Positions 50,134 to 59,816 of a DNA stretch of 64,000 nucleotides are shown piece by piece (within the stretch, counting starts at the first letter, position 1; each line of letters starts with the position of its first letter). Under the pieces are notes generated by a model. The model was not told the DNA's origin, searched no databases, and was given only the letters and a program-made list of their open reading frames with translations. This DNA comes from Vicinamibacteria bacterium (GTDB lineage: Bacteria; Acidobacteriota; Vicinamibacteria; Marinacidobacterales; Marinacidobacteraceae): the NCBI GenBank assembly GCA_963555995.3, contig OY821641.1, positions 640,001 through 704,000 of the forward strand, in the 5' to 3' direction. The position numbers and the translations under genes are program-made.

Positions 50134-51546
50134 TCACGCCTCCCGGACGTCGTACGTGGCCGGATCGAGGAATCTCAGGACAGCGGACTCGCTACCGGGT
50201 TTGGTCCCGAGCATGACGGACTTGCGGGCGCGGGTGATTCCCATGGCCAGCAGGCGGCACAGCGACTCGAGCGCGCCATCGCCGCTCTCGGTCCCGTGCG
50301 GCGTGACTTCCGCATTGAGACCCGGGATCAGGACATGGTCGAACTCCAGGCCCTTCACGGAGTGGATCGTGGAGAGCGCTACCTGTTCCGGGCCGGCCGG
50401 CCACTCGGACTGGCGGGTGAGTTCACACCAGGCGATTCCCCGCTGCTCCAGTTGGTCCCGTGCGAACTTGAACCACCTCCCGCCTCTCGGATGGAGGAGG
50501 GCGACGGAGTCTCCCTCATTCAGAAACGGACGGACTTCGGAGAGCATCTCGGAGAACTGCCACGAGTACAGGCCCCGCATCAGCAGGGGGCGGGGTCCGG
50601 TCCGCTCGCACGCCTCCGGGTCCGGGACGACGCCATCGGGATCCGGCGGAAGGTCCCGAACAAGAGGCGCCGCGAACCGGGCGATCTCGCGGGTATTGCG
50701 ATGGCTGCTGGAGAGCGTGGTCACCTGCTCGGGTCGCATTTCGATTCCGACCTCCAGCCACGGGAACGCGTGCGGATAAAGAGTCTGCACCCGATCCATG
50801 ACGAAAGTCGTCGCGTGATCGGGCCGCAGGGAGGCCGTGATCGCCCGCATCTGGTTCGCGCAGAAGTCCTGGCACTCGTCCGCGATGACGACGTCGTAGG
50901 TGGGCCGAACGGCGGCTGTGGCGCGAACCGCGACATCCTCCCAGTCCAGCCAACCGATCTCTCGTTTCTTGGCTTCGTAGGGAGCGATCACCTCTGTCAA
51001 GAGCCGCTCGCGACGGACGCGGGGAACGGCGGGCGTGCGGCCGCGGCCGGTGCGCTCCGCCTTCAGATAGTCCTCCCGCCGGTCAGGGTGGAATCGTCCC
51101 AGCACATACGCGACCTCGTCGCGAAAGTAGCGAAGGTCGGAGTCACCTGACGCGAGTCCGGACACCCGCAACAACCGATTCAGGAGATCGCTCCGGTCTG
51201 GGTCGGGGAGGACGTCGGGTTGGCCAAGCAGGCCCCGAGCCCAGGAGGCGAACGTGTCGACCTCGAGTTCGAGACCGGGATCTGGCGAAACCCTGCTCTT
51301 GGCAAGCTCCTGCACATAGCCGCGCAGGGTTCGATTGAACGTGAGTACGAGCACTCGGATGACCCCGCCCGTCCCGAGTCGCGCGCGGCGGGCCTGGCGC
51401 GCGGCGCACAACTGGTGGAGGCGCAGAACGGCCGCCGTCGTCTTCCCGCTGCCCGCCGCGCCGCGGATCAGGCGAAATCCGGCATCGCGATCCAGCAGGA
51501 GTTTGAGTTGTTCCCGCGTGGGTCGGCGGTTGGGCAGGACTCTCAC
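50134..51546 (-). CDS. Compact SF1 (UvrD/Rep-like) helicase
   Basis: GAAGSGKTT, VLTFNRTL, VIADECQD, D..Q.LY, HRNT, STIHSVKGLEFDHV, GITRARK. Confidence 0.88.
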   Translation of the reverse strand: MRVLPNRRPTREQLKLLLDRDAGFRLIRGAAGSGKTTAAVLRLHQLCAARQARRARLGTGGVIRVLVLTFNRTLRGYVQELAKSRVSPDPGLELEVDTFASWARGLLGQPDVLPDPDRSDLLNRLLRVSGLASGDSDLRYFRDEVAYVLGRFHPDRREDYLKAERTGRGRTPAVPRVRRERLLTEVIAPYEAKKREIGWLDWEDVAVRATAAVRPTYDVVIADECQDFCANQMRAITASLRPDHATTFVMDRVQTLYPHAFPWLEVGIEMRPEQVTTLSSSHRNTREIARFAAPLVRDLPPDPDGVVPDPEACERTGPRPLLMRGLYSWQFSEMLSEVRPFLNEGDSVALLHPRGGRWFKFARDQLEQRGIAWCELTRQSEWPAGPEQVALSTIHSVKGLEFDHVLIPGLNAEVTPHGTESGDGALESLCRLLAMGITRARKSVMLGTKPGSESAVLRFLDPATYDVREA

Positions 51547-52282
51547 AGCGACGGGGCGCGAACAGCGCGGGGGAGCCTAGCCCGCATCAAAACCTGAAGC
51601 GGCGGTGTGGCGGGTGGCATCCCGCACGGGTGTACTTCTGCCGGGCTGAGAATGACCGGGGCTCGGGTGGTTGACCATTGCTCTGGCTTGGAACGCCGGT
51701 CTCCAGACCGGCACGCGCAGCGCCGCGGCGCAGCGCACGGCGCGACGCTGACCTGCGGGGTGTCGTTCTTCTTTCGGTTCATCACGGCGAACAGCGGCAC
51801 GACATCCGCGGGCCTTCGGCCCGCGGTGCCGGTCTGAAGACCGGCGCTCCCGGCTGTCGGCGCGGCGCTCCGAGGGGGAATGACCGGAGCTTTGACCGGA
51901 GCTCGGTGGTGGATTGACCGGAGCTGGGGTGGGATTGACCGGAGCTCGGGCCGAAATGACCATGGCTCGGGGCGGATTGACCGGAGCTCTTGACCATGGC
52001 TCGGACGCGGATGACCGGCGGCCCCTGACCGGCGGCCCGCGCGGCGGCGCGTGCGGCTTGGAACGCCGGTCTCCAGACCGGCACCGCGGTGCTCCGCACC
52101 GCGCACGGCGTAACGCTGGCCTGCGTGATGGCGCTCTTCTCGCGGGGCAGTGCATGTTGTCAAGCGACACCTAGTTTGGCCCAGATAAACGACACCTACT
52201 TTGTCACCCTGGAGAGCCTGTTTCGGCGGGGAAGGAGGGACGTTGGGGAGCGCGGCGGGAGCCCGGAGGGCGACCAGAGCGC

Positions 52283-53140
52283 TCACCGACGTCCCTCCTT
52301 CCCCGCCGGCGCCGCGGCGGGGGATGAGGCCGCCTCTTCCGGGAGGAGGAAGGATCGAGCGATCGTCTCCTGGCGCTCCCGGAAGCTCTGCTCCAGATCC
52401 CGCAGCCGATAGCTGCGGCCACGGATGTCGAGGACCACGCAGCGGTGCAGGAACCGGTCCAGGATCGCGCTCGCCAGCACCGCGTCCCCCGCCAGCACCT
52501 CCGGCCATTCCCGGATCGCCTTGTTCGTCGTGACCAGCACGCTCCCCCGCTCATGCCGGTCGTTGATCAACCGGAACAGTTGACTCGCTTCCTTCGCGTC
52601 CAGGGCTTCGTAGCCCATCTCGTCGATGATCAACAGCGACGCCGACAGATACCGCCGGTTCCCCCGTGGCGTCGTCGACCCCTCATGCCGCTTCAGGGTC
52701 CGCAGCAACTCGTCCAGCCGGTAGAACGCCACCCGGAACCCGTTCTCCAGCGCCCGCATCCCCAGACCCGCCGCCAGGTGCGTCTTCCCCACCCCCGGCG
52801 GGCCCTGCAGCAGAACGTTCTGCCGCTCCCGGATCCAACCGCAGGTGCCCAACAGTTCCACCCGCGTCCGGTCCAGCGTCGGCTGGAAGCCGAAGTCGAA
52901 GTTCCCCAGGGTCCGTCCCAGAGGCAACCCCGCCATCCGCAGCCCCATCTCCAGCCGCCGCTGCCGGCGGAACTCCCTCTCCGTCTCCAGGACCCGAACC
53001 AACAGGCGATGCGCCGGCAGCTCCTCCCGCGCACACTCGGTCAGCAACTCGGACAACCGAGCCGATGCCTCCCGCATCCCGAGCTCTCCCAGGATCCGCC
53101 GCGTCCGGTCCAGGTCCAGGTCCACATCCATACTCACCAT
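52283..53140 (-). CDS. istB: IS21 helper ATPase IstB
   Basis: FDFGFQP, GPPGVGKTHLA, LIIDEMGY, TTNK, AILDRFLH. Confidence 0.93.
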   Translation of the reverse strand: MVSMDVDLDLDRTRRILGELGMREASARLSELLTECAREELPAHRLLVRVLETEREFRRQRRLEMGLRMAGLPLGRTLGNFDFGFQPTLDRTRVELLGTCGWIRERQNVLLQGPPGVGKTHLAAGLGMRALENGFRVAFYRLDELLRTLKRHEGSTTPRGNRRYLSASLLIIDEMGYEALDAKEASQLFRLINDRHERGSVLVTTNKAIREWPEVLAGDAVLASAILDRFLHRCVVLDIRGRSYRLRDLEQSFRERQETIARSFLLPEEAASSPAAAPAGKEGRR

Positions 53141-54387
53141 CGCGCTACCTCCGCCAGCGCCGCATACAGATCCAGGGGACGTTCCTCCGGAGCCATCGCC
53201 CCGATCTCCTCCAGCCGACGCCCCATCCGCCCCAGCGGCGCCGGCGCGATCACCCGACCCGTCGAAGCCCCCTCGTAATGCGACAAGTCGCGCACAAGCA
53301 AGGAGTTGCCCTCTCGGGGATGCTCCGCCACCACCTCCCCGCGATCCAACACCTGCACCCGGCGCGCGCACCGGCGCACCTCCACCCGGGTCCCCACCAG
53401 ACGGAACGGCACCGACCAGCTCCGGCTGTCGAACGCCACCGTGCAGTCCTTCCGCACCGGCCGCAGCCCCACCAGGTCGAACGGCTCCGGCAACCCCGTG
53501 CAGTCCCCCAAATACCCCTGCTCCTCCTCCCAACTCTCCAACACCCCGCGCCCCGTCGCCGGGCTCGTCCGGCGCGACTCCCACTCCAGCAACCGAGCGT
53601 CCGTCCACGCCTGCAACTCCTCCAGGCTCGACCACTCGCTCGTCGGCCCCGGACCCCAACCCCGCAGGTCCAGGATCCCTCGCTCCACCTTCCCCTTCGC
53701 CTCCGGAGACCGCGGCGGACAGGGATCGATGTGAAACCGCGCCTCCTCCGCATACCGCAAATAGGCCCGGTTCACCTCCCCCCAGACCCCCGCGCCGCGC
53801 ACTATCGCCGTCTTCACGTTGTCCATCCGTACCGTCGCCGTCACCCCCTTCAGACGCACAAACGCCTGCCCGTGAACCCACAACCACGACAGCGTGTCCT
53901 TCAACGGGGACCACACCACCGCGCTCTTCCGCGAAAAGCTCAACCGCAGCGCAAACGCACTTACCCCCCGCCGGCCTCCAACCAGCATCCCCGGCGCCTC
54001 CGCCCAGTCCGCCTGCGCCTGCGCCCCCGGCGGCGTCTCCACCCGACGCCGCGCCCGTACCCGGCCCGGACCCAACCGACGACGCAGATACCGCTGCACC
54101 GACCGCAGGCTCCCCACATACCCGTGCTCCGCCACCAAATGCTCGTGCAGCGCCGTCGCGTTCAAGGGCTGACCCCCCGCAAAGTCCGCGCACCACTCCC
54201 GGATCTCCTCCCCAAGCCTCGAAGCGCGCTCAACCTTCCCGCGACCGTCGCGCCTACCCTCCTCGCGACCCAGCTCGTAGCGAACCTGACGCTCGCTCAC
54301 CCGCGCCGCCCGCGCGATCTCACGCCGGGAACAACCACGCTCCGAAAGCGCCCTGATCGTCATCCGAAGCTCCTTGCTGAGTGCCAT
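53134..54387 (-). CDS. istA: IS21 transposase IstA
   Basis: N-terminal HTH, ETPPG.QAQADW, RMDN, KGKVE. Confidence 0.93.
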   Translation of the reverse strand: MALSKELRMTIRALSERGCSRREIARAARVSERQVRYELGREEGRRDGRGKVERASRLGEEIREWCADFAGGQPLNATALHEHLVAEHGYVGSLRSVQRYLRRRLGPGRVRARRRVETPPGAQAQADWAEAPGMLVGGRRGVSAFALRLSFSRKSAVVWSPLKDTLSWLWVHGQAFVRLKGVTATVRMDNVKTAIVRGAGVWGEVNRAYLRYAEEARFHIDPCPPRSPEAKGKVERGILDLRGWGPGPTSEWSSLEELQAWTDARLLEWESRRTSPATGRGVLESWEEEQGYLGDCTGLPEPFDLVGLRPVRKDCTVAFDSRSWSVPFRLVGTRVEVRRCARRVQVLDRGEVVAEHPREGNSLLVRDLSHYEGASTGRVIAPAPLGRMGRRLEEIGAMAPEERPLDLYAALAEVARW

Positions 54388-54659
54388 GGCGGTCCCCCTG
54401 AAGCGAGAACCGAAGCCTCAGCCAACGACGCAAACAGGTGACAAAGTTCGTGTCGTTTAAGCCCGATCTTTACCTGTCGTTTGACACATGTCGGGATACG
54501 TGCCGGGAAGAGCGGCGGCGCGCCGGTCCGAGTTCCGGCGGGCGCGGCGCGGAGCGCCGCGGTGCCGGTCTGGAGACCGGCGTTCCAAGCGGGTGGGGTT
54601 GCGGTGGGGTGGTGGCGGTGGGAGCTGGGGTGGAGTTGCGGCGGGAGGGCGGGGATACG

Positions 54660-54692
54660 AAAAAGGCGGGGGCGGCTTGGGCCGCCCCCGCC
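54660..54692 (-). terminator. Intrinsic terminator of the Fn3 lipoprotein gene
   Basis: GGCGGGGGCGGC-TTGG-GCCGCCCCCGCC preceded by an A-run on the + strand. Confidence 0.7.
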
Positions 54693-54722
54693 GGGGAAGG
54701 TGCTTGGGTTACCGCGACGCTA

Positions 54723-56975
54723 TCAGCTACTCGGGACCGTGTAGGTGGATGACCTGACGCTGGTGCCGGCGGTGCAAGCGTCGTCGGCGTAAACCTTCAC
54801 GACATGCTTACTACGGAGCGCGAGATTACCCAAAGTGGTTTCGACGCTGGCTTCCGTCTGACTGGAGGTGCAACTTTCGTCGTTGTCTCCCGATTTCACG
54901 CCGTAGGACCAGTTCTTGTTCCACTTCGTGATGCCGACGGTGACGACAACGCTATACGTCGTTGGATCAGAGTTCTCATCCTTCGTTGACGCGAACTTGA
55001 CGGACCCGGAAAGCCCTGACGGCTTTGAAACCGAGAACTCCGAACTGATGGCCCACGGTCCCGCGCCACCACCTACTGGAAGCACGCCTTCCGGATTGTT
55101 GTTGGTCTGGGCGCAGAGGTACACCCGCCGCTGGTAGCCCAGACGCTCGAAGGCGGAGTTGTCCGCCACGGTGACTGTAATTCCGGAAGTGGTATCCGCT
55201 GCGGTAAAGCTGGAGTCGGCCCCGTAGCCAGTCGGGGCATCGCCGGCGCAGTCGGCAACCTTGAGAGCTTTCGCGTCGGGGCTCGTGGAGTGCAGAACCT
55301 TGAACGTAAAGCCCAGGTCGCCTGCTTCATCGACCTTCCGCGGAACTTCATAGTTGTCCCGGGTGTTGATCGTCCACTCTGGAGCCAAACTCTCGTTTGA
55401 GCCTTCGGCGGTGATGCTCTTGCTCGACTCGTACTTGAGGCTCGGCGAAGCGGCCGGTAGCGTCAGAACCTCTATGGCGACAGAAGCATTGTCTCCGTAA
55501 GCGGTTTCCGAATCATTCGTGATCGGGACGGCCCACGCCGATTCACCCGCGGTGTTCGAGTAACGCATACACAGCAGGTATCCCGTGTGGGGCTGAAGGC
55601 GGCTCACTGACCGGGAGAGGTTGTCGAGATCAGTGTCACCGCTGTCCTTCTCGACAACCGCGCCAGCGTTGCAGGCGTTCTGGACCGTCCTCGAAGTCGC
55701 TGCCAGGTCAATACCGATCCTGTCGTCCCTCTCAGGGCGCTCCGGGTCGGCAACGAACCGAATCTCGAAATCGAAGCCCTCTCGGACCGATACATCCGTC
55801 CACTCGATCTCGGTCGTCTTGTTGCCGGAATTCGTTAGCGAGTCGTCGGCTACGTCGGGCTCTTCCGGAGGACTGACTCCCCACGCGAAGGAGGCGGTGG
55901 AGCTGCCTACCTTCCTCACGCACAGCCCGCTCACGGTCGCCGGAGCGGTCGTGGGCACACTCTGGGACGTCGCCGAACCCTGGCTCGTGTAGGCGGTGGC
56001 CGCCAGCCCCGCGCAGGGGTTGTCCTCGCGGATGTCCGTTGCGTCGGTGAGGATCGAGGTCTCGTAGGTAGCGTCGCTCTCCCGGTCCCAGATGAAGACG
56101 ATGTCCGAGTTGTTGCTCGTTCCGCCGTTCTGCCAGCGGACATTCAACTCGCCCATGCCGCCCGAAGCCGGATCGCTGGGCGCCCGGCCGGCCGTGGAGA
56201 GGGAACTGGCGGTCTCGGCCCACTCACTCGTCGCGTGCTTGACGGTATCCGTCGGAATCGCGCGCACCCGGAAGTCGTATTCGGTGCCCTTGGTCAGCCC
56301 GCCGGCGACGCACGTGGTTGTGTCCACCGAGTTGTCGCCGCCGCCGCAGGAGGCATCAGCCCAGTCGCCGCCGGAGGCGCGCTGCTGGACCTCGTAGCTC
56401 TCGGCGTCCTCCACTTCGTCCCAGGTGACGGTGATGGAGTCCTCCTGCGCGCTGCCGGTGCTGATACCGGTCGGCGCGGAGAGCGGGACGGCCGGCGGCG
56501 GGGCCTTGGTGGTGCCCATCACCCCTTCGGTCCACTCGCTCCAGGCCGCGTCGCTGAGCGAGGAACCCGTTCCCGAGCGGACCCGGAAATGCCCGGTCGT
56601 GTTGGCGGGCACATTCTCGACCTTCCTGGAGGTGTTCGGGGCGAGGACGTAGATGGGCGCGGCGGGGTCCGAGAAATCCGCTTTCAGGCTGAACTGGCCC
56701 TCGTATGCGATCACGTCCTCGACCGCGTCCCAGCTCCAGGTGATGGAGTTGGAGGTCGAGTCCGTCACCTTGAGGTTCGCCGGGACGCCGGGGCCGGTCG
56801 GCTCGGGCGCCGGAGGCGGGGCCGGGTCCGGCGGAGGCGGCGTCGGCGTCGGGGTGGTCGGGGCCGGCGCTTCCTCATCGCCGCAGGCCGCAGCGAACAT
56901 GCCGGCGCCGAGGAACAACGCGAGCAAAAGAGCCCATCCGCGAGCGGATGAGAACTTGCCAGTGAACGACTTCAT
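54723..56975 (-). CDS. Surface lipoprotein with fibronectin type III repeats
   Basis: Lipobox AAAC, Pro-rich linker, SITWSWDAV and SITVTWDEV..YEVQ..TEYDFRVRA. Confidence 0.85.
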   Translation of the reverse strand: MKSFTGKFSSARGWALLLALFLGAGMFAAACGDEEAPAPTTPTPTPPPPDPAPPPAPEPTGPGVPANLKVTDSTSNSITWSWDAVEDVIAYEGQFSLKADFSDPAAPIYVLAPNTSRKVENVPANTTGHFRVRSGTGSSLSDAAWSEWTEGVMGTTKAPPPAVPLSAPTGISTGSAQEDSITVTWDEVEDAESYEVQQRASGGDWADASCGGGDNSVDTTTCVAGGLTKGTEYDFRVRAIPTDTVKHATSEWAETASSLSTAGRAPSDPASGGMGELNVRWQNGGTSNNSDIVFIWDRESDATYETSILTDATDIREDNPCAGLAATAYTSQGSATSQSVPTTAPATVSGLCVRKVGSSTASFAWGVSPPEEPDVADDSLTNSGNKTTEIEWTDVSVREGFDFEIRFVADPERPERDDRIGIDLAATSRTVQNACNAGAVVEKDSGDTDLDNLSRSVSRLQPHTGYLLCMRYSNTAGESAWAVPITNDSETAYGDNASVAIEVLTLPAASPSLKYESSKSITAEGSNESLAPEWTINTRDNYEVPRKVDEAGDLGFTFKVLHSTSPDAKALKVADCAGDAPTGYGADSSFTAADTTSGITVTVADNSAFERLGYQRRVYLCAQTNNNPEGVLPVGGGAGPWAISSEFSVSKPSGLSGSVKFASTKDENSDPTTYSVVVTVGITKWNKNWSYGVKSGDNDESCTSSQTEASVETTLGNLALRSKHVVKVYADDACTAGTSVRSSTYTVPSS

Positions 56976-57161
56976 GCCACCTACCTCCCGGTGCGGCGCC
57001 AACCCGTTCCGGCGCGTTCCCGTTCCGGCGCGCGTCCCGTTACTGACCTGTTGTCACGTTGTTATGGTCCCGTCCCGTTCCCCGCCGGAGCGCCCGGTGC
57101 GGCCCGCCGCCGCCCGTGATGTGATACCCATCCAACACCCCGGAACGGTGCCCCGCCCGCC

Positions 57162-58343
57162 ATGATCCGCCGCCCCTACCGCCTCTCCGCGCGCTTCGTC
57201 GCCACCGTCCGGGAGCCGGGCCGCTACGGGGACGGACGCGGGTCCGGGGGGCTCTCGCTGCTGGTGAAGCGCACCGCCCGCGGCCACCTCGCCAAGTCGT
57301 GGGCGCAGCGCATCCAGGTGGACGGGCGCCCCCGCAACCTCGGCCTCGGCGTCTGGCCCCACGTCAGCCTCGCCGAGGCGCGCCGGAAGTGCGTCCTCAA
57401 CCTCGTGGCCCGCGGCCGGGGCGAGCTGCTGACCGGCCGCCAACGGACCGTCCCCACCTTCGCGGAGGCGGCCGAGACCGTCCTCGCCATCCACGCGGCG
57501 GGGTGGAAGCGCGGCGGCCGGTCCGAGAACGACTGGCGGTGGACGCTCGACAACTACGCGATGCCGAAGCTCGGGCCGCGGCCGGTGGACCGGATCAGCG
57601 CCCGGGACGTGATGGCCGTCCTGCTGCCGATCTGGAACCGGAAGCGGGTCACGGCGCGGAAGGTGCGCCAGCGCATCGGGGCGGTGATGCGCTGGGCGGT
57701 GGCGCAGGGCTACCGGGAGGACAACCCGGCCGGCGACGCCATCGGCGCGGCGCTGCCGAAACAGGGGGTCCGGCCGCGGCATCTCGCGGCGCTCCCCTAC
57801 GCGAAGGTCGCCGGGGCCGTCGCCGCCGTGCGCGGGTCGGGGGCGAGTCTCGCGACCGTGCTGGCGTTCGAGTTCCTGGTGCTGACGGCGTGCCGGAGCG
57901 GCGAGGTGCGCGGCGCGCGCTGGGAGGAGATGGACCTCGAGGCGCGGGAGTGGCGGATTCCGGCGGCGCGGATGAAGACGGACCGCGAGCACCGGGTGCC
58001 GCTCTCCACGCGGGCGCTCGCGCTGCTCGGCGAGGCGCGGGCGCTGGCGGACGGCTCGGGCCTCGTGTTCCCGTCGGCGACGGGCCGGCCGCACGCGCGC
58101 GCGGCCTTCTCGAAGCTGGTCCGGCAACTGGGGATCGAGGCGGTGCCCCACGGGTTCCGGTCGAGCTTCCGGGACTGGGCGGCGGAGTGCACCGACGCGC
58201 CGCGCGAGGTCTGCGAGCTGGCGCTCGCGCACGTGAACACGAACGCCGTCGAGGCCGCCTACCGCCGCACCGACCTCTTCGAGCGCCGCCGCGCCCTCAT
58301 GGACGCCTGGGCAGCGTTCCTCGCCGGGACCCCCGCCCCATAA
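57162..58343 (+). CDS. Tyrosine integrase, P4-like, with N-terminal arm-binding domain
   Basis: YGDG..GLSL, LG.WP.VSL.EAR, catalytic R(SGE), MK, HGFRSSFRDW, LAH, AY. Confidence 0.93.
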   Translation: MIRRPYRLSARFVATVREPGRYGDGRGSGGLSLLVKRTARGHLAKSWAQRIQVDGRPRNLGLGVWPHVSLAEARRKCVLNLVARGRGELLTGRQRTVPTFAEAAETVLAIHAAGWKRGGRSENDWRWTLDNYAMPKLGPRPVDRISARDVMAVLLPIWNRKRVTARKVRQRIGAVMRWAVAQGYREDNPAGDAIGAALPKQGVRPRHLAALPYAKVAGAVAAVRGSGASLATVLAFEFLVLTACRSGEVRGARWEEMDLEAREWRIPAARMKTDREHRVPLSTRALALLGEARALADGSGLVFPSATGRPHARAAFSKLVRQLGIEAVPHGFRSSFRDWAAECTDAPREVCELALAHVNTNAVEAAYRRTDLFERRRALMDAWAAFLAGTPAP

Positions 58344-58475
58344 CCGTCCCGACGGCCCGTCTCAAACCCACCCGCTCCCCCGGCGCCGCCGGCTTGGAAC
58401 GCCGGTCTCCAGACCGGCACCGCGGCGCTCCGCGCCGCGCCCGGCGCAACCCCGCTCCGGCGCTCCTGGCGCTCC

Positions 58476-58515
58476 ATCGAAGCGGCGCCCCACGGGTTCC
58501 GGTCGCGCTCCGGGA
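58476..58515 (+). pseudogene. Short degenerate duplicate of the integrase HGFR region
   Basis: ATCGAAGCGGCGCCCCACGGGTTCCGGTCG.GCT.CCGGGA matches 58134-58175. Confidence 0.55.
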
Positions 58516-58549
58516 ATCCACGCGTTGCGGAGCGGATGCCCGGGCCGCT

Positions 58550-58978
58550 TCATCCGCCCGCCGGGAGGAAGGGATTCCACACCCGAAGGTCCCCGAATCG
58601 CTGTCCGTCCTGGAGGTCCTCGGTCACGAGTACGGCCGCCCGCGCCTCGAGCGCGGTCTCCACGATCAGCGAATCCCAATAGCTGAGTCTCGAAGCGAAG
58701 CTCCGCTGCATCGCGTTCCGGGCGAGCACCCGATGGATCGGCCATACCTCGAATCTCCCGAACTCGTCGGCGGCCTCGAGCGCCGTTTCGGGAGCGAGGG
58801 GACGGCGAATCTTGCGCGTCGCGACGTGGAAGAACTCGCCCAGGACCTGAACGCTCAGAACGAGGTCCTCGACGCTGTCGGCGATGAGCGTCCGGGCCCG
58901 CGCCTGCTTTTCCGGAAACTCTTCATCGAACAGGTACACCAGGACGTTCGAGTCCAGGAAGCGCCGTTCACCGGTCAT
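58550..58978 (-). CDS. PIN-domain (VapC-like) toxin
   Basis: FLDSNVLVY, QVLGEF, SYWDSLI, TEDLQDG. Confidence 0.88.
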   Translation of the reverse strand: MTGERRFLDSNVLVYLFDEEFPEKQARARTLIADSVEDLVLSVQVLGEFFHVATRKIRRPLAPETALEAADEFGRFEVWPIHRVLARNAMQRSFASRLSYWDSLIVETALEARAAVLVTEDLQDGQRFGDLRVWNPFLPAGG

Positions 58979-59267
58979 ACAGGTCGTCGCGCTTCCAGTT
59001 CCGGTTGCCGGACGCATCGCGCGTCGTACGGGGCGGAGCCGCGGCGGGACGCGGGACCCTCGACAGACGAATCAGCCGTTCGACGGCGTCGGCGCGCCCC
59101 CAGGCTGCATCCTCGGCGGCCCGCCGCAGGGAACGGCGGCCCTCGGCAAACGCCGCCAGGTGCTCACGCAGCACCGCGTTGACGGACGTGTCCTCCTCGA
59201 TCGCCCGGACGCGGGCTCGTTTGAGGACGCCGGGGTCCACGATGATGGTCAGGTTCACCGAAGCCAC
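58968..59267 (-). CDS. Ribbon-helix-helix antitoxin
   Basis: NLTI..D..VLKRARVRA....TSVNAV.R and C-terminal WKRDDLYDR. Overlaps the toxin start. Confidence 0.82.
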   Translation of the reverse strand: MASVNLTIIVDPGVLKRARVRAIEEDTSVNAVLREHLAAFAEGRRSLRRAAEDAAWGRADAVERLIRLSRVPRPAAAPPRTTRDASGNRNWKRDDLYDR

Positions 59268-59369
59268 GAGAACAGTGTAACACGACTCCCGTGTTCCTGG
59301 ACGGAACCCCTCTTCCCGGCACCAAAACGGCCCCGCCGGCCCGGCCCACCCCCGGGCAGCCCCCGCGGC

Positions 59370-59816
59370 TCAGGAACCGGCCGGTTCGCGGGCGTTCGAA
59401 GCCGGGACCAGGTGCGTCTCGATCAACGTTTCGATGCGCGTCATCCGGTCCGAGAGCTTGCCGATCTGCTTCTGCATGTCCAGAAGTCGAGCGCTGGTCT
59501 CGTTCTGCATGTCCAGAAGTCGGGCGTTGGTCTCGTTCTGCATGTCCAGGAGTTGGCCACTCAGGGCGGTGTACGCGGCGGCGCCGGCCCCGAACACCGC
59601 CGCCAGCAGCACGAACACCCCGGCCAGCACGGCAAGGTGGAGACGCTCCATCCGGCCGAACGGCTCACGGGAAACGCGCGCCGCTCCGGCGAGGCGCCCC
59701 GCCTCCGTGCTCGTCATCGCTCTGCCCCGTTCACCCTCTCGCGCAGTATAGGAGCGGCCCCGCGGCTCCGGCAACGGGACCGCGGTCTGTGTCGTATCGG
59801 TGGTTCGTTCGTGCAT
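59370..59816 (-). CDS. TM + coiled-coil small protein, array copy 1
   Basis: GGAGG SD before MHERT, TM helix, LLDMQNETxAR 11-mer repeats. Confidence 0.7.
   Translation of the reverse strand: MHERTTDTTQTAVPLPEPRGRSYTAREGERGRAMTSTEAGRLAGAARVSREPFGRMERLHLAVLAGVFVLLAAVFGAGAAAYTALSGQLLDMQNETNARLLDMQNETSARLLDMQKQIGKLSDRMTRIETLIETHLVPASNAREPAGS

Larger units (their letters stand above)
52158..54486 (-). mobile_element. Complete IS21-family element with 5-bp target duplication CATGT
   Basis: Ends TGTCAAGCGACA / TGTCGTTTGACA with internal repeated motifs. CATGT at 52153-52157 and 54487-54491. Confidence 0.93.

Noticed and set aside
52283-54196. 637-aa fused ORF covering istB
   Set aside because: The upstream part is an alternative frame of istA. 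IstB motifs begin after ATG 53140.
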